Origin: Candidatus Shapirobacteria bacterium
GTDB taxonomy: Bacteria > Patescibacteriota > Microgenomatia > UBA12405
Length of the DNA: 64,000 nt
Assembly: GCA_041658955.1 (NCBI GenBank)
Contig: JBAZZE010000002.1
Location: 12,505 to 76,504 of the forward strand
Reading direction: 5' to 3'
A program made the translations under genes and the position numbers. Shown in pieces: positions 48,293 through 58,263 of the stretch (positions within the stretch are counted from its first letter, which is position 1; every line of letters begins with the position of its first letter). The notes beneath the pieces are model-generated. The model did no database searches and was not told the DNA's origin. It saw only the letters and a list, made by a program, of their open reading frames with translations.

Positions 48293-49422
48293 CGATTTTT
48301 TATCAATTCATAGACCGCTAAAGTTTGTTTGGCTGTTTGTTGCCAAGAAAAAAACTTGGCACGTAATATTCCCAACTTAGATTGTTTAACTAATTCAGCT
48401 TTATTTTCCCAAAGTTTCTTCAAAGAATTCTGGAGGTGATGTTGTTTATATGGATCAAAAGTAATACCAACTTCTCCCATAATTTCGGGAAGGCTTGTCT
48501 CTGAACTATAAACTACCGGAGTTCCTGATTGCATGGCTTCTAGAGGACAAAGTCCAAAACCCTCCGCATATGATGGTTGGCAATAAATTGTAGCTAGGTT
48601 ATATAAATACGGTAAATCTCCACTGTCAATGAAACCCAACCGGTGAACAAGAGGATTACTAAATAATTTTTTTAGGATAGATAAATGTTTCAATTGAGGG
48701 CTAGGGATATTCAATAGATGCCGAATTAAATCCATGGGTCGACTGATACTTGGTTTTTCGAGTTTTAATTCGTTAATATCGATAGCTTGTTTGCCAGCAA
48801 TAACCAGAGGATAGTTTAGATTTACACAGGCTTTGACTAAGGAAGGAATATTTTTATTCCAATTTATATCACCTGTATAAAAAACAAATTTATCAGGTAA
48901 ATTGTTTTTCTTTTTTATTTGGGCTAATTTTTTTTGATCGGTAATTGGTTTGAAATCAGGGGTTGCTCCTTCGTAAGTAACGTAAATTTTATCTGCAGGA
49001 TATCTTAAATTTTCAGATATTATATTTTTAGAATAATGGGAAACAGTAATAATATAATCTGACTGGCGGGCTTTTAATCGCTGAATTTGCCACTTCATAA
49101 AACCTCTTATTCCTGAGGGAAAATGTTTTTTAAATTGGATCGGGATGAGGTCATGAATGGTGATTATTTGAGGAACTTTGGTTTTGGGTGGTAATGTCAA
49201 ATAAAACGGATCGAAGTAGGGATAATGAACCAAATCATAATCTTCAATTTTCAATTGGGAATCTTCAATCAGAAATATTTCGAAGTTTTGATATTGGGGA
49301 TTTGACTTAACTTCGTGCTGAAGTGCAGTAACCAGGTTGCGGGTATAAAAACCAACTCCCCTTTTGGAATTGCCGTCGTTAAGTGGAGATACGTCGATGG
49401 CTATTTTGAATTTATTACCCAT
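48289..49422 (-). CDS. GT4 glycosyltransferase (MtfB-like)
   Basis: RGVGFY, TIHDLIP, GDINWNKN, EGFGLCPLEAM; start ATG 49422. Confidence 0.9.
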   Translation of the reverse strand: MGNKFKIAIDVSPLNDGNSKRGVGFYTRNLVTALQHEVKSNPQYQNFEIFLIEDSQLKIEDYDLVHYPYFDPFYLTLPPKTKVPQIITIHDLIPIQFKKHFPSGIRGFMKWQIQRLKARQSDYIITVSHYSKNIISENLRYPADKIYVTYEGATPDFKPITDQKKLAQIKKKNNLPDKFVFYTGDINWNKNIPSLVKACVNLNYPLVIAGKQAIDINELKLEKPSISRPMDLIRHLLNIPSPQLKHLSILKKLFSNPLVHRLGFIDSGDLPYLYNLATIYCQPSYAEGFGLCPLEAMQSGTPVVYSSETSLPEIMGEVGITFDPYKQHHLQNSLKKLWENKAELVKQSKLGILRAKFFSWQQTAKQTLAVYELIKNR

Positions 49423-49423
49423 A

Positions 49424-50341
49424 TTAGTCCCAGTCCTTACCAATAGTTATTTTTTGATTGGTAGAGGTGAGTTCAAAATATTTTACATAAGCTAAGGGGA
49501 AGCGAAGTGAAGAATACCAAGAAAAGACAAAACCGGAAAAACCGTCAAGTATTCCTTTGTGACGAATGTAAGTAAGCAAAAACCACCAAATTGGTTTGAC
49601 TAAAAAGTAATTCAAAAATGAAAGAAAAGATAGGGGAATTTTCTTTTCCTGAAGTTCGGTGGCAATGTTTGAGGTATAACGGTTGTTTCTCAGAAGATAT
49701 CTAGAAAAAGTAGGATCGGCAAAATGTAAAAGATCGGAACTAAGCCAACCTACCCGCCCATCGGTTTGAATTTGTTCATGAACATCTTTAGCTGGTTGTC
49801 GGCTCAAACTTTTTCTAAAAAGACGAATTTGACCATCAGGATAGACCCCACCATAGCGGATGAATTTACCGAGAAAATAATTGAGACGAGGTACAAAAAA
49901 GGCAGTGTATTCGTTCGAAAGTGAGCCGTATTGGCCATCTCGAGCCTGAAGAATTTGTTGATGCCGTAAAAATAAAGGATGAGAGTTTAATACTGAGTTT
50001 GATTGTTCGGTCATTTTTTCCGAACTAAGAGAAAGTAATTTTTGAATTTCTTTTGATAACTCTTGACTGACTGCTTCATCAGCATCAAGCAATAACACCC
50101 AATCATGCTTACATTCATCTATCGCCATTTGCTTGTTGATATGAAAGTTTGGTTTGTTGGTGGTCGATATGATCCTAACAAAGGGATATTTTTTGGCTAG
50201 GGTAACGGTGTTGTCTGCTGACTGGCCATCAACAATGATGATTTCACTGGCTAAACCTTCTATGCTTTTTAGACAACGATCGATATTGGCCGACTCGTTG
50301 TAAGTGGCAATGGCAACTGAAAGTGGAGTATTATTTTTCAT
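49424..50341 (-). CDS. GT2 glycosyltransferase (WaaE/LgtF-like)
   Basis: LSVAIATYNE, LLDADE, YPD.Q.RLF, VHE, KGILDG; start ATG 50341. Confidence 0.9.
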   Translation of the reverse strand: MKNNTPLSVAIATYNESANIDRCLKSIEGLASEIIIVDGQSADNTVTLAKKYPFVRIISTTNKPNFHINKQMAIDECKHDWVLLLDADEAVSQELSKEIQKLLSLSSEKMTEQSNSVLNSHPLFLRHQQILQARDGQYGSLSNEYTAFFVPRLNYFLGKFIRYGGVYPDGQIRLFRKSLSRQPAKDVHEQIQTDGRVGWLSSDLLHFADPTFSRYLLRNNRYTSNIATELQEKKIPLSFLSFLNYFLVKPIWWFLLTYIRHKGILDGFSGFVFSWYSSLRFPLAYVKYFELTSTNQKITIGKDWD

Positions 50342-51935
50342 AGATTCTAAACCCAATAGTACCTCCGGGAAGAACTAATGAAGCGATAGGTACTGCCTTG
50401 ATCTCTTCATCCCCAGCGATAACTAAACTTTTGGCCGGGATGGAATCCCAGTTGATTTTACCAAAATTGAGGTTATCAATCTTCTCTACGGTAGAAAAAC
50501 CGTATTTATCAGGTGGGGTGAGTTGAATTTGAGGTTGTATTTTTTGGGGAGGATATTTAGTAAAAAATAAATACAAAATGTAGGGTTGGTCGTAGGTTGA
50601 AGTAAAGTAGATCTGATCATATTTTGATTTTTGACTATCAATAAAGGGCATTAGTGAAGAAAAACCAGTGTTCCAAGCATATGGGTATCGTTGAGGAGCA
50701 TGGACAAAATAAGCATCGACAAAATAAAAAATCGAGAATATATAGAGAACAGTAATAATAAAGAAATTGTGTGGTCGATATGACTTGGTCAAATCGATAA
50801 TTCCAAATAATCCTGCACCTATGAATATTGATAAAGGAATAACCATGGGTAAGGCTCGGAGGGCTGATGGTGCTTGAAAAGTTAGCGAAGAAGCCAACGG
50901 AGATATGAAGAGTAGGGACAGAGAGAGAAGGGCTAGTTTTTTAGTGTTTTGATTTTTGAGTAAATAGATTATTCCAATAATTAATAGAGGTAGCTCGATA
51001 AGATGTAGCTGTCCCATATCTGGAGACTTGGATCGAGGTACTTCATCACCTTTTAGAAATAAGAAATTTAAATCAAAATGGGAGACGTATTTTTGAGCCC
51101 AAGAGATAGTATAGAGGACCCGTTTATTATGCATAATTCGGTTGGAAAGTAGTGTATTGCCATGTTGATTAAGTAGTTCTTCAGAACGAGCAATTGGACC
51201 ATAGTCAGCGGTGAGGCCGACACCGCCAAATCGTGCAGCTCCACCACTACTCAAAAAAGAAACTAGGACTGGGACAGCAATAACTGCGGCAAAAAGAAAT
51301 GGAAAAATAATTGACTTAAAGTGGGAAATTAGGAATTTAAAATTAGTGGTAAATAGGAATAAGCAAATTAAAGGGGCGACAATTCTAGCTGAGTGATAGA
51401 CATAAAGAGAAGCGACAAAAGATATTAGCGAAAACAGAAAATATTTTGTCTTGGCCGAATAAATGTATTTATAAAACAGATAAATCCCATAAGTCATAAA
51501 GAACAGAGCAACTGATGATTCCCAGGCGCCACGACTAAAGTGAATATGCCATGGAGAGACACTTAAAATAAATGCACTGGACAAAGCAAGCGGATGCGAC
51601 GTAGATAATAAAAGTACGAGTTGATAAAAGATGTATATAGTTGCTAAAGATAGGATTACATTGGGAAGACGAACTGCCAATGGAGTTAGTCCGATGGCTT
51701 TTATAAATGGCATAGCCAGATAAACATAACCACCTGGTTTATAGTCCCCAAAGGAACGAAAGTGTAGAGGCCAACTGATGCCATGTTCATCCTTGCCAGT
51801 CTGTAATAAGGAATAAGCATTGTAACCAAGGGCAGCTTCATCAGGGTTTAGAGCGGGAAGAGTATCTATGCGGTAGATTCTCAATACAAGCGCTAATAGT
51901 AATACCAATATTAAAAATATTTTAGTTAGTTTCAT
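50331..51935 (-). CDS. ArnT/PMT-like GT-C glycosyltransferase
   Basis: DEAALGYNAYSLL.TG.DE.G, SFGDYKP, VRLP, SPWHIHFSR. Confidence 0.85.
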   Translation of the reverse strand: MKLTKIFLILVLLLALVLRIYRIDTLPALNPDEAALGYNAYSLLQTGKDEHGISWPLHFRSFGDYKPGGYVYLAMPFIKAIGLTPLAVRLPNVILSLATIYIFYQLVLLLSTSHPLALSSAFILSVSPWHIHFSRGAWESSVALFFMTYGIYLFYKYIYSAKTKYFLFSLISFVASLYVYHSARIVAPLICLFLFTTNFKFLISHFKSIIFPFLFAAVIAVPVLVSFLSSGGAARFGGVGLTADYGPIARSEELLNQHGNTLLSNRIMHNKRVLYTISWAQKYVSHFDLNFLFLKGDEVPRSKSPDMGQLHLIELPLLIIGIIYLLKNQNTKKLALLSLSLLFISPLASSLTFQAPSALRALPMVIPLSIFIGAGLFGIIDLTKSYRPHNFFIITVLYIFSIFYFVDAYFVHAPQRYPYAWNTGFSSLMPFIDSQKSKYDQIYFTSTYDQPYILYLFFTKYPPQKIQPQIQLTPPDKYGFSTVEKIDNLNFGKINWDSIPAKSLVIAGDEEIKAVPIASLVLPGGTIGFRIYEK

Positions 51936-53502
51936 AAGCGTAAAAAGTAGAAGTATTATTGATAGGGCTGAGTGGAGTTAGGGTTTTTAGGTCAATCCCC
52001 TGTCTGATGGCATCATCATAGGAAAGGATTAAGACTTGTTTTGGTTGAGTCTTTTGAAAGCTAAAACTGGGTACTTCAAACTTAATATTGTCAATTTTTG
52101 AAATTTTTCCAGTATCTTTGCCATCAACTGTAAGAGATGCTTGTGCTTGATAATCCCTGGGTGGATATTTTGAGTAAAAAAGATAATAGATATATGGTTG
52201 ACCGTAGAAATCGGTAAAAGTGACTTGTTTGTCTTTACCATGATCGATGACATATTTGGCAGCTTCTTGATAACCGTAGAGTAAATGAGCCGGAGAAACT
52301 TTGGTCATGTGATGGTAATAAAGGTCTTGATAGTAAATAAAAGAGACTAGGTAAGCAGAAAAAATGGTGATGGGTATAAGAATGCTTTTAATTTTGTTGA
52401 AAGTAAAAATAATTCCTTTGGCAGCAAAATACATTAGAGGAATAGAAAGTGACAAGGTTCTAACGGGTTGAATGCTATCTTTTGTAAGTGCCCCGGGAAG
52501 TGGCCCAATAATTAGCCAGAGTAGAAAAATAAAATCTGGCTTTTTGAGGGAAGAGACAAGAGTAGAAAAAATTCCCAAGATAACAAATATAATTGAAGGA
52601 TAGAGAATAACTCCAATATATGGAGCTGAGTGTCGTTGAATTTGCCAGTCACCTTCAAATATTAAAAACTTTGGAGAAAAATGATTAAAGTAACGAGTAA
52701 GGAAATTTTGAACAAAAAAGATGGCTTCGTTATGGAAAATGTTGTAGTTTAGTTGATTACTCTCACCTATAATTTGCCGGGTGTCATTGGTAGGTCGATG
52801 ATAATTCCAAAGGGCGTAGACACTCAGCCGGTTGGCATCATTTTGGGTAACTAGTCCGTAAATAATTGGGAGTGAAAGCAAAATAAGGGGAAGGGCAAGA
52901 CGAAGAATGTTTTTGAATGATTTGAATACAGAAAGATGGGTAAAAAAAAGTATTGATAATAAAAGCGGGGTCATTATTTTGCCACCTTGGTAGGTATAAA
53001 ACGTTAAACCGAAAATGAGCGAAGACCAGATTAGTTTTTGATTTACAAAAAGTAAGGTAGCCAGCGCTAATTCGAATAAAAGGACATTGGTTTCCCAGGC
53101 ACCACGGCTAAAGTGAATATTCCACGGGTTAAATGAAATGAGAAGAGCAGTAATTAAAGCTAGTTGCTTAGATTTTGGACTAAGTTTTAGAATTAAAAGA
53201 TAAATAAGAAGTGGTAGAAGAGAGCCGAGAATAATCGAAGGGAGTCTAACTGAAAGTGGATTTAGACCAAAAATAGCGACAAAAGGAATGGTAAGGTAGA
53301 CGTATAAACCAGGTTTGTAGTCTCCAAAGGATTTGAAAACTAATGGTAGAGTAGCGCCATATTCATCTTTACCTGTTTCCAAAATGGAATAGGCATTGTA
53401 ACCGAGTGAGGCTTCATCCCAAAGTAGTGGAGGATAGCTTGAATTGAAGAGCCTTACTCCTAGAGCTAAAACAGTGATGAGAATAATGGCAAATCTATTC
53501 AT
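51922..53502 (-). CDS. ArnT/PMT-like GT-C glycosyltransferase
   Basis: DEASLGYNAYSIL.TG.DE.G, SFGDYKP, PWNIHFSR; start ATG 53502. Confidence 0.85.
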   Translation of the reverse strand: MNRFAIILITVLALGVRLFNSSYPPLLWDEASLGYNAYSILETGKDEYGATLPLVFKSFGDYKPGLYVYLTIPFVAIFGLNPLSVRLPSIILGSLLPLLIYLLILKLSPKSKQLALITALLISFNPWNIHFSRGAWETNVLLFELALATLLFVNQKLIWSSLIFGLTFYTYQGGKIMTPLLLSILFFTHLSVFKSFKNILRLALPLILLSLPIIYGLVTQNDANRLSVYALWNYHRPTNDTRQIIGESNQLNYNIFHNEAIFFVQNFLTRYFNHFSPKFLIFEGDWQIQRHSAPYIGVILYPSIIFVILGIFSTLVSSLKKPDFIFLLWLIIGPLPGALTKDSIQPVRTLSLSIPLMYFAAKGIIFTFNKIKSILIPITIFSAYLVSFIYYQDLYYHHMTKVSPAHLLYGYQEAAKYVIDHGKDKQVTFTDFYGQPYIYYLFYSKYPPRDYQAQASLTVDGKDTGKISKIDNIKFEVPSFSFQKTQPKQVLILSYDDAIRQGIDLKTLTPLSPINNTSTFYAYETN

Positions 53503-55072
53503 AGCTGATGATATCAAACGCGGGTGAGCCATCGAGAAAGTTAATGGTTTTAATTACTTTTGAACTTTCTGTTGGGTAATTTTGGGGACTGGATATTAGA
53601 AGAGTGTTTTTGGGAAATTTCATGTCTTTGATTTCCCAATCATTTTTAAATTCAAATTTGTCAAAAGCGTCAACCCAATACCAATCAGAATGAAAGTTGG
53701 TGGATAACTTGGGATCGTTTTGATAAGTGGATGGACTGATTGGCCAATAAAATAGAAAAAACTCATGTGGTTCACCATACTTTTTGGTAACAATAATTCG
53801 ATCATATATAGAATAATTTTCCTTTGCAATATCGATTGCTTGTTGGTAGCCAAATTGCCAGGCAGAAGAATATTTTTGATTGTAACTAAGATATTTTGAC
53901 CAATAAAAAAGGAAAAATATAAAGATGGTAACTATGATCAGCCGATAATCAATTTTTATTTTTGAGATACCGATAGTTATAAAAAGAATATAAAAAATTA
54001 GACCGGTACTGGAACGAAGAACAGGAAAATCACCAACGGTTAGAGCTGCTGGTAATAAAGTAACGAGAAGGATAGGAATTAGATAAAAATACCGACCATC
54101 ATTTAATGAAAATAAAAGACCGATATACAAAAATGGCATCAGGATTAAAAAGATAATCCCAGTTTGGGGTACAGAAAGTTGCTGATTTTGAGTGCCATTT
54201 ATAAACAAGGGAAAGGGGTTAAATTGGTTTAAATAATTTATAGACAAAGTTTGAAAAAAGTAGACAGGGCGATTGTTTATTAGTCGATTGATGAATTGTG
54301 GACCAGTAAATGAATTTCGCTTGAGGTTAATAAGATTCACAGCATTGGGATTTATAATGCCCACCCAACGATTGCGAGCAAATGATGTTGGCGAGAAAAG
54401 ATTGATCAAGTTGGGAATTACTAATATTGATAAAACTATCAGAGCGGGGGCTATTTTTTTGGTGATTTTAAAGGGATGAAAATAATATAAAACCGGAAGA
54501 AGTAAGGGAACGATAATCCGAGTATTGTGATAGGCATACATGGATAGTCCCAGAAAAACACTAGAGTATAGAAGGTTAAGGGAACGGTTTTTATCGAGAA
54601 TAAAGTGATAAACACCCATTAACAAAAGAGTTTGGGAAAAGGTGGATTGAAACACCCCGCGAGAAGGAAAAAATGCCCAAGGTAAAAAAGCCGCTAATGT
54701 CATAGCGATTAGGGCAAGGTGTTCCTTTTTAAATAAAAGTTTGGCGAAAAGGTATGTATAAACTACAAAAATTAATGAAAAAATGACAGTTGGTAGACGA
54801 ATACTTAAGGCATTGAGGCCCAAAAGTTTGATAAAAGGGATGGTGAGATAAAGGTTGAAAGTAGTCGGATAGTCACCGTATGCTCGGAAGTTAAAAATAG
54901 GGAAAGCAGTCCCCCACTGATCACGGCCTGTTTCTAAAATAGAATAAGCGTTGTAGCCATGGGAGATTTCGTCCCAATTTAATCCCGTGGGAAGAGAATC
55001 TATTTTCCATAAACGGAAAAAGGTTGCTAGAAATAGAATTATCCAGAAAAATGTTTTATGATTTAGCTTCAC
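53495..55072 (-). CDS. ArnT/PMT-like GT-C glycosyltransferase
   Basis: DEISHGYNAYSIL.TG.DQ.G, AYGDYP, IRLP, PW...SR. Confidence 0.85.
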   Translation of the reverse strand: MKLNHKTFFWIILFLATFFRLWKIDSLPTGLNWDEISHGYNAYSILETGRDQWGTAFPIFNFRAYGDYPTTFNLYLTIPFIKLLGLNALSIRLPTVIFSLIFVVYTYLFAKLLFKKEHLALIAMTLAAFLPWAFFPSRGVFQSTFSQTLLLMGVYHFILDKNRSLNLLYSSVFLGLSMYAYHNTRIIVPLLLPVLYYFHPFKITKKIAPALIVLSILVIPNLINLFSPTSFARNRWVGIINPNAVNLINLKRNSFTGPQFINRLINNRPVYFFQTLSINYLNQFNPFPLFINGTQNQQLSVPQTGIIFLILMPFLYIGLLFSLNDGRYFYLIPILLVTLLPAALTVGDFPVLRSSTGLIFYILFITIGISKIKIDYRLIIVTIFIFFLFYWSKYLSYNQKYSSAWQFGYQQAIDIAKENYSIYDRIIVTKKYGEPHEFFLFYWPISPSTYQNDPKLSTNFHSDWYWVDAFDKFEFKNDWEIKDMKFPKNTLLISSPQNYPTESSKVIKTINFLDGSPAFDIISYE

Positions 55073-56639
55073 GATATAGTTTGATTATATATAAAAACAC
55101 TCCAATTAGGCTGAGAATGTTGGCAAAGGAGCGGATAGGAGTGTTTTTGAATTGTAATAAATATTGGTAGTGACCTGCTGGTAATTCAAAGCTAATTTGA
55201 CCGTATTTTGGGTCAATTTGGTAATTTGTTTTTTGATTATTAACAGACAATTCCCAGTTTGGAAAATAAGTCACTGGAAGGATGATGTTGGCACTAGGAG
55301 TATCAACAGTAAGCTCACCACTGATTTGATGGCTGTTTTTGGTAAATAAAATGTTGGTTATTTGGCCAGTGATAGTGTTTGCCTGGGTGGGAGCCATTAT
55401 TTCTGGGAATGAAGTGGTGGAACGAGGCCAATAATCTTTTAAACCGGCTCCACTTTGGCGATAAATTTCCTGGGTAGTTAGTTTTTGACCATCGGTAAGG
55501 GTGGGGTACCAAATATCTTCTTTGAAGTAATTAATATTTAACCCAATGGTTAGGAAAATGATTATTAATAATAAAAATTTGTTTTTGGTAACGATTCCAG
55601 AAATAAAAGAAAAACAAAATACGACAAGTCCCAAAAAGCGCCAAGGAAATTGATAGTAAGGCATAAAAGAAAGAATCTGCCAGATAAAAGTAGATCGGTT
55701 ATGAGTTAAAAAAGTCGCAAAAAGTCCGATGCCAAAAAAAGTAAATATAGTTTTTTTGAAAGATGAACGGATGGCAATTAAAAGGGCAATAAGGGGAAGT
55801 ACCCAATGAACAATACCTATCTGAAGAGAAAGATCATCAACAGGTCCCCAAAGCGAGGCGCCGTAACCCCAAAAACGAGAAATAAATAATTGGTTGATAG
55901 TGGCAAAGTGAATAATGTAGTTGAAGTAGCCTTGAGTCATGCTACTGACAGTAGTAAGATTTTTTTCAAAAAAAGCCGGAATAATGAAAAAAGCAGATAA
56001 CAAGATTGAATAAATCGAGTTTTGAATAAGGTAACGAGTATTTTTATGAATAATAGAAAATATTAAAAGTACTGGAAGAAAATAGACTAGAGTGAGGTTG
56101 TGACTTAAGAGAAGGGCGGTGAGAGAAATAATAAAAAGATTGGTTCGTTTTTTATATAAGGAATACATGATAAGTGGTAAGAGGTTGATGGCCCAGTGTT
56201 CGGCTAGAGCACCTCTGACAAAGCTATCTAAGGAATGATATGGAGCAAAAGTATAAAGAACACTACTGACAAGTCCGCCAACTGGGCCAAAGAATGAGGA
56301 AGAAAGTAAATACATGCCAAGTGAGCCGATAAAAAAGGGAATAATGAATGAAATCTTCAGGCTATCAATCAGGGATAATCCGGCGAGATGAAAACTCTCA
56401 GCAAATGCGTAAGGTAGAGGGGAATAAAAGTTAAAAAGTGGGTAGGTGTATCCGAAACCTCCGTCGGGAATCAAACGACAGGGAATTTGACGGTCAAGAA
56501 CACACTGGTGAAATTGAGCCAGTCGGAAAACATGCATATCATCTTGCATACTAAAGTAGCCAGGGCGCCATAAACGATGTGAGGCAAGTAGAGCAAAAAG
56601 AAGAGGAATAATGATGATTAGTTTAAATTTTTTGATCAT
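55056..56639 (-). CDS. YfhO-like ('6-pyruvoyl-tetrahydropterin synthase-related') GT-C membrane protein
   Basis: QDDMH..R, GFGY.YPLFNFYSPL, APYH....RGALAE, QFPWRFL, YFPNW. Confidence 0.8.
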   Translation of the reverse strand: MIKKFKLIIIIPLLFALLASHRLWRPGYFSMQDDMHVFRLAQFHQCVLDRQIPCRLIPDGGFGYTYPLFNFYSPLPYAFAESFHLAGLSLIDSLKISFIIPFFIGSLGMYLLSSSFFGPVGGLVSSVLYTFAPYHSLDSFVRGALAEHWAINLLPLIMYSLYKKRTNLFIISLTALLLSHNLTLVYFLPVLLIFSIIHKNTRYLIQNSIYSILLSAFFIIPAFFEKNLTTVSSMTQGYFNYIIHFATINQLFISRFWGYGASLWGPVDDLSLQIGIVHWVLPLIALLIAIRSSFKKTIFTFFGIGLFATFLTHNRSTFIWQILSFMPYYQFPWRFLGLVVFCFSFISGIVTKNKFLLLIIIFLTIGLNINYFKEDIWYPTLTDGQKLTTQEIYRQSGAGLKDYWPRSTTSFPEIMAPTQANTITGQITNILFTKNSHQISGELTVDTPSANIILPVTYFPNWELSVNNQKTNYQIDPKYGQISFELPAGHYQYLLQFKNTPIRSFANILSLIGVFLYIIKLYREAKS

Positions 56640-58231
56640 AAATTAGAAAAGATCTGAAAAGCTTCACCTTCTTGGAATTTTTTAGGAAGAATCTCTTTAA
56701 GTGTAAACCTATTTGGAATAGTAACTGATTGTGTTGTAGGGATGACAAAAAGAGTTGGAGTGGTAGTAGAAGGAAATGCATTTAAGTTTATTTGGCCAAA
56801 GCAATAACGATTGTCAAGACATTTGCCTGAAAAATAATTTGTATTTAGTTCGGTCAAATGAGCAGTTAGAGGTTCGTGGGGAAGAAATGGATAATAATAA
56901 AGAAAAAACGGAAGAAACGGTTCGGCTGTGTCTGAAAAATAAATCTGATGGTCAGGATATTTGGTGGTAGCTAGTACGGCTTCTTTAAGGTTAGTGTGCC
57001 AAGTTCGGGCAGATAGCTGAGGGTAGTGATTTTGATAATAATGCCCAAAATTTATGAGAAGTAACAGATAAAATGGGGTTATTAGAGGAATTTTTGAAAG
57101 TGCTAGCGAGGAAAAATAAATTAATGAAGGAAGAATAATTATTAGTCTGGTGGCATGTGGACCAAGTGAATCGCGAGTCAGGGCAAATGGAATCGGACCT
57201 AAAATAAGTACCCAAAAAAATAAAAGGCCTAGTTTGGTTGGCTTTTTGAGATATAAATAAAGTCCGTAAAGTATCATGAAAAAATCAATGATGTAAAACA
57301 TACCATGCTGACCAAAACCTTGACGGAGGTTTTTATCACCTTCGAGAAATAAAAATTCTGGAGAGAAAGAATATAAATAGTTTTTGACAAAACGTTCTAC
57401 GATGAGCTGATACTTGTTATGAAAAAGATAGGATAGAGGTGGGGTGGGAACACCCACTTCGTCAGGATGTTCTAAAAGAATATCTTGGTACCTTAAGGTA
57501 TCAGTGATTTGTTCCCGATGAGGTTCGGTAAAGATACTAATATAAGAAAAGCGATAACCAGCTCGACCTTTAAGGGTGTCGACTGCTAGTGGAGTTAGGA
57601 CAAGTAATCCAATAAAAAACGAAATAATTAAAGCTTTGGGTTTTGGTTTCCAGATTAGATAACAAAGAGGAACTAGGAAGACTATAAATAACTTGGCAGT
57701 GCTGTAAAAGTACGCAGAAAGCGATAAAGAAATTACGGAGGCTACTAGATAGATAGTTTGGTGTTTTTGGTGGTGTTTTTGCCAAAAGTAAATACCGGTT
57801 AGTAGACAAAAAATCATGCCGGAAACTTCAAATCCGGTGCGACTGTAGTGAATGGCCCATGGGGAAATGGCTAAAAGAAATGCAGCAAATACAGAATTGG
57901 TTAGCAAATAAAATACCGCAACAGACAAAATACCGAAAATTGCTGATGGTAGTCTGACACTCAGTTCGGGAGATGAAGTAAAATTTTGGACAGCTGCAAC
58001 AGAATATATATAGAGTGAAGTTCGCCAATCGGAAAATGATTGAAAATGGACGGGAAATTTGTTGCCAAAATAGTCGGCATGGTTTTGGTTAAAGGTTTTG
58101 GCTTGGTAGCCGGCATCAACTTCATCAGAAAAAAGTGATGGGGGTAGCGTGGTAATCCGACTTATCCGAGGAAAGACTGCCAGAAAGGCAATAGTGATAA
58201 AAATAACGATGGATAATAAACGCCGGTTCAT
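56636..58231 (-). CDS. ArnT/PMT-like GT-C glycosyltransferase (GYQ subtype)
   Basis: DEVDAGYQ, SFSDWR, VRLP, SPWAIHYSR. Confidence 0.85.
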   Translation of the reverse strand: MNRRLLSIVIFITIAFLAVFPRISRITTLPPSLFSDEVDAGYQAKTFNQNHADYFGNKFPVHFQSFSDWRTSLYIYSVAAVQNFTSSPELSVRLPSAIFGILSVAVFYLLTNSVFAAFLLAISPWAIHYSRTGFEVSGMIFCLLTGIYFWQKHHQKHQTIYLVASVISLSLSAYFYSTAKLFIVFLVPLCYLIWKPKPKALIISFFIGLLVLTPLAVDTLKGRAGYRFSYISIFTEPHREQITDTLRYQDILLEHPDEVGVPTPPLSYLFHNKYQLIVERFVKNYLYSFSPEFLFLEGDKNLRQGFGQHGMFYIIDFFMILYGLYLYLKKPTKLGLLFFWVLILGPIPFALTRDSLGPHATRLIIILPSLIYFSSLALSKIPLITPFYLLLLINFGHYYQNHYPQLSARTWHTNLKEAVLATTKYPDHQIYFSDTAEPFLPFFLYYYPFLPHEPLTAHLTELNTNYFSGKCLDNRYCFGQINLNAFPSTTTPTLFVIPTTQSVTIPNRFTLKEILPKKFQEGEAFQIFSNL

Positions 58232-58239
58232 GTGATAAT

Positions 58240-58256
58240 AGTTTATTTTATACTAT
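58240..58256. promoter_or_regulatory. divergent -10 elements in the GT-C array
   Basis: TAAACT (-, 58245-58240) 8 nt before ATG 58231; TACTAT (+, 58251-58256) 7 nt before ATG 58264. Confidence 0.5.
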
Positions 58257-58263
58257 CCACAAT

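Noticed and set aside
49900-50030. About 40-aa insertion in the WaaE-like GT2 as a mobile element or intein
   Set aside because: No palindrome, no intein terminal residues, ordinary composition; most likely a lineage-specific helical insert
55056-56639. 6-pyruvoyl-tetrahydropterin synthase activity
   Set aside because: The family name is a legacy label; the protein is a polytopic YfhO/GT-C-like membrane protein
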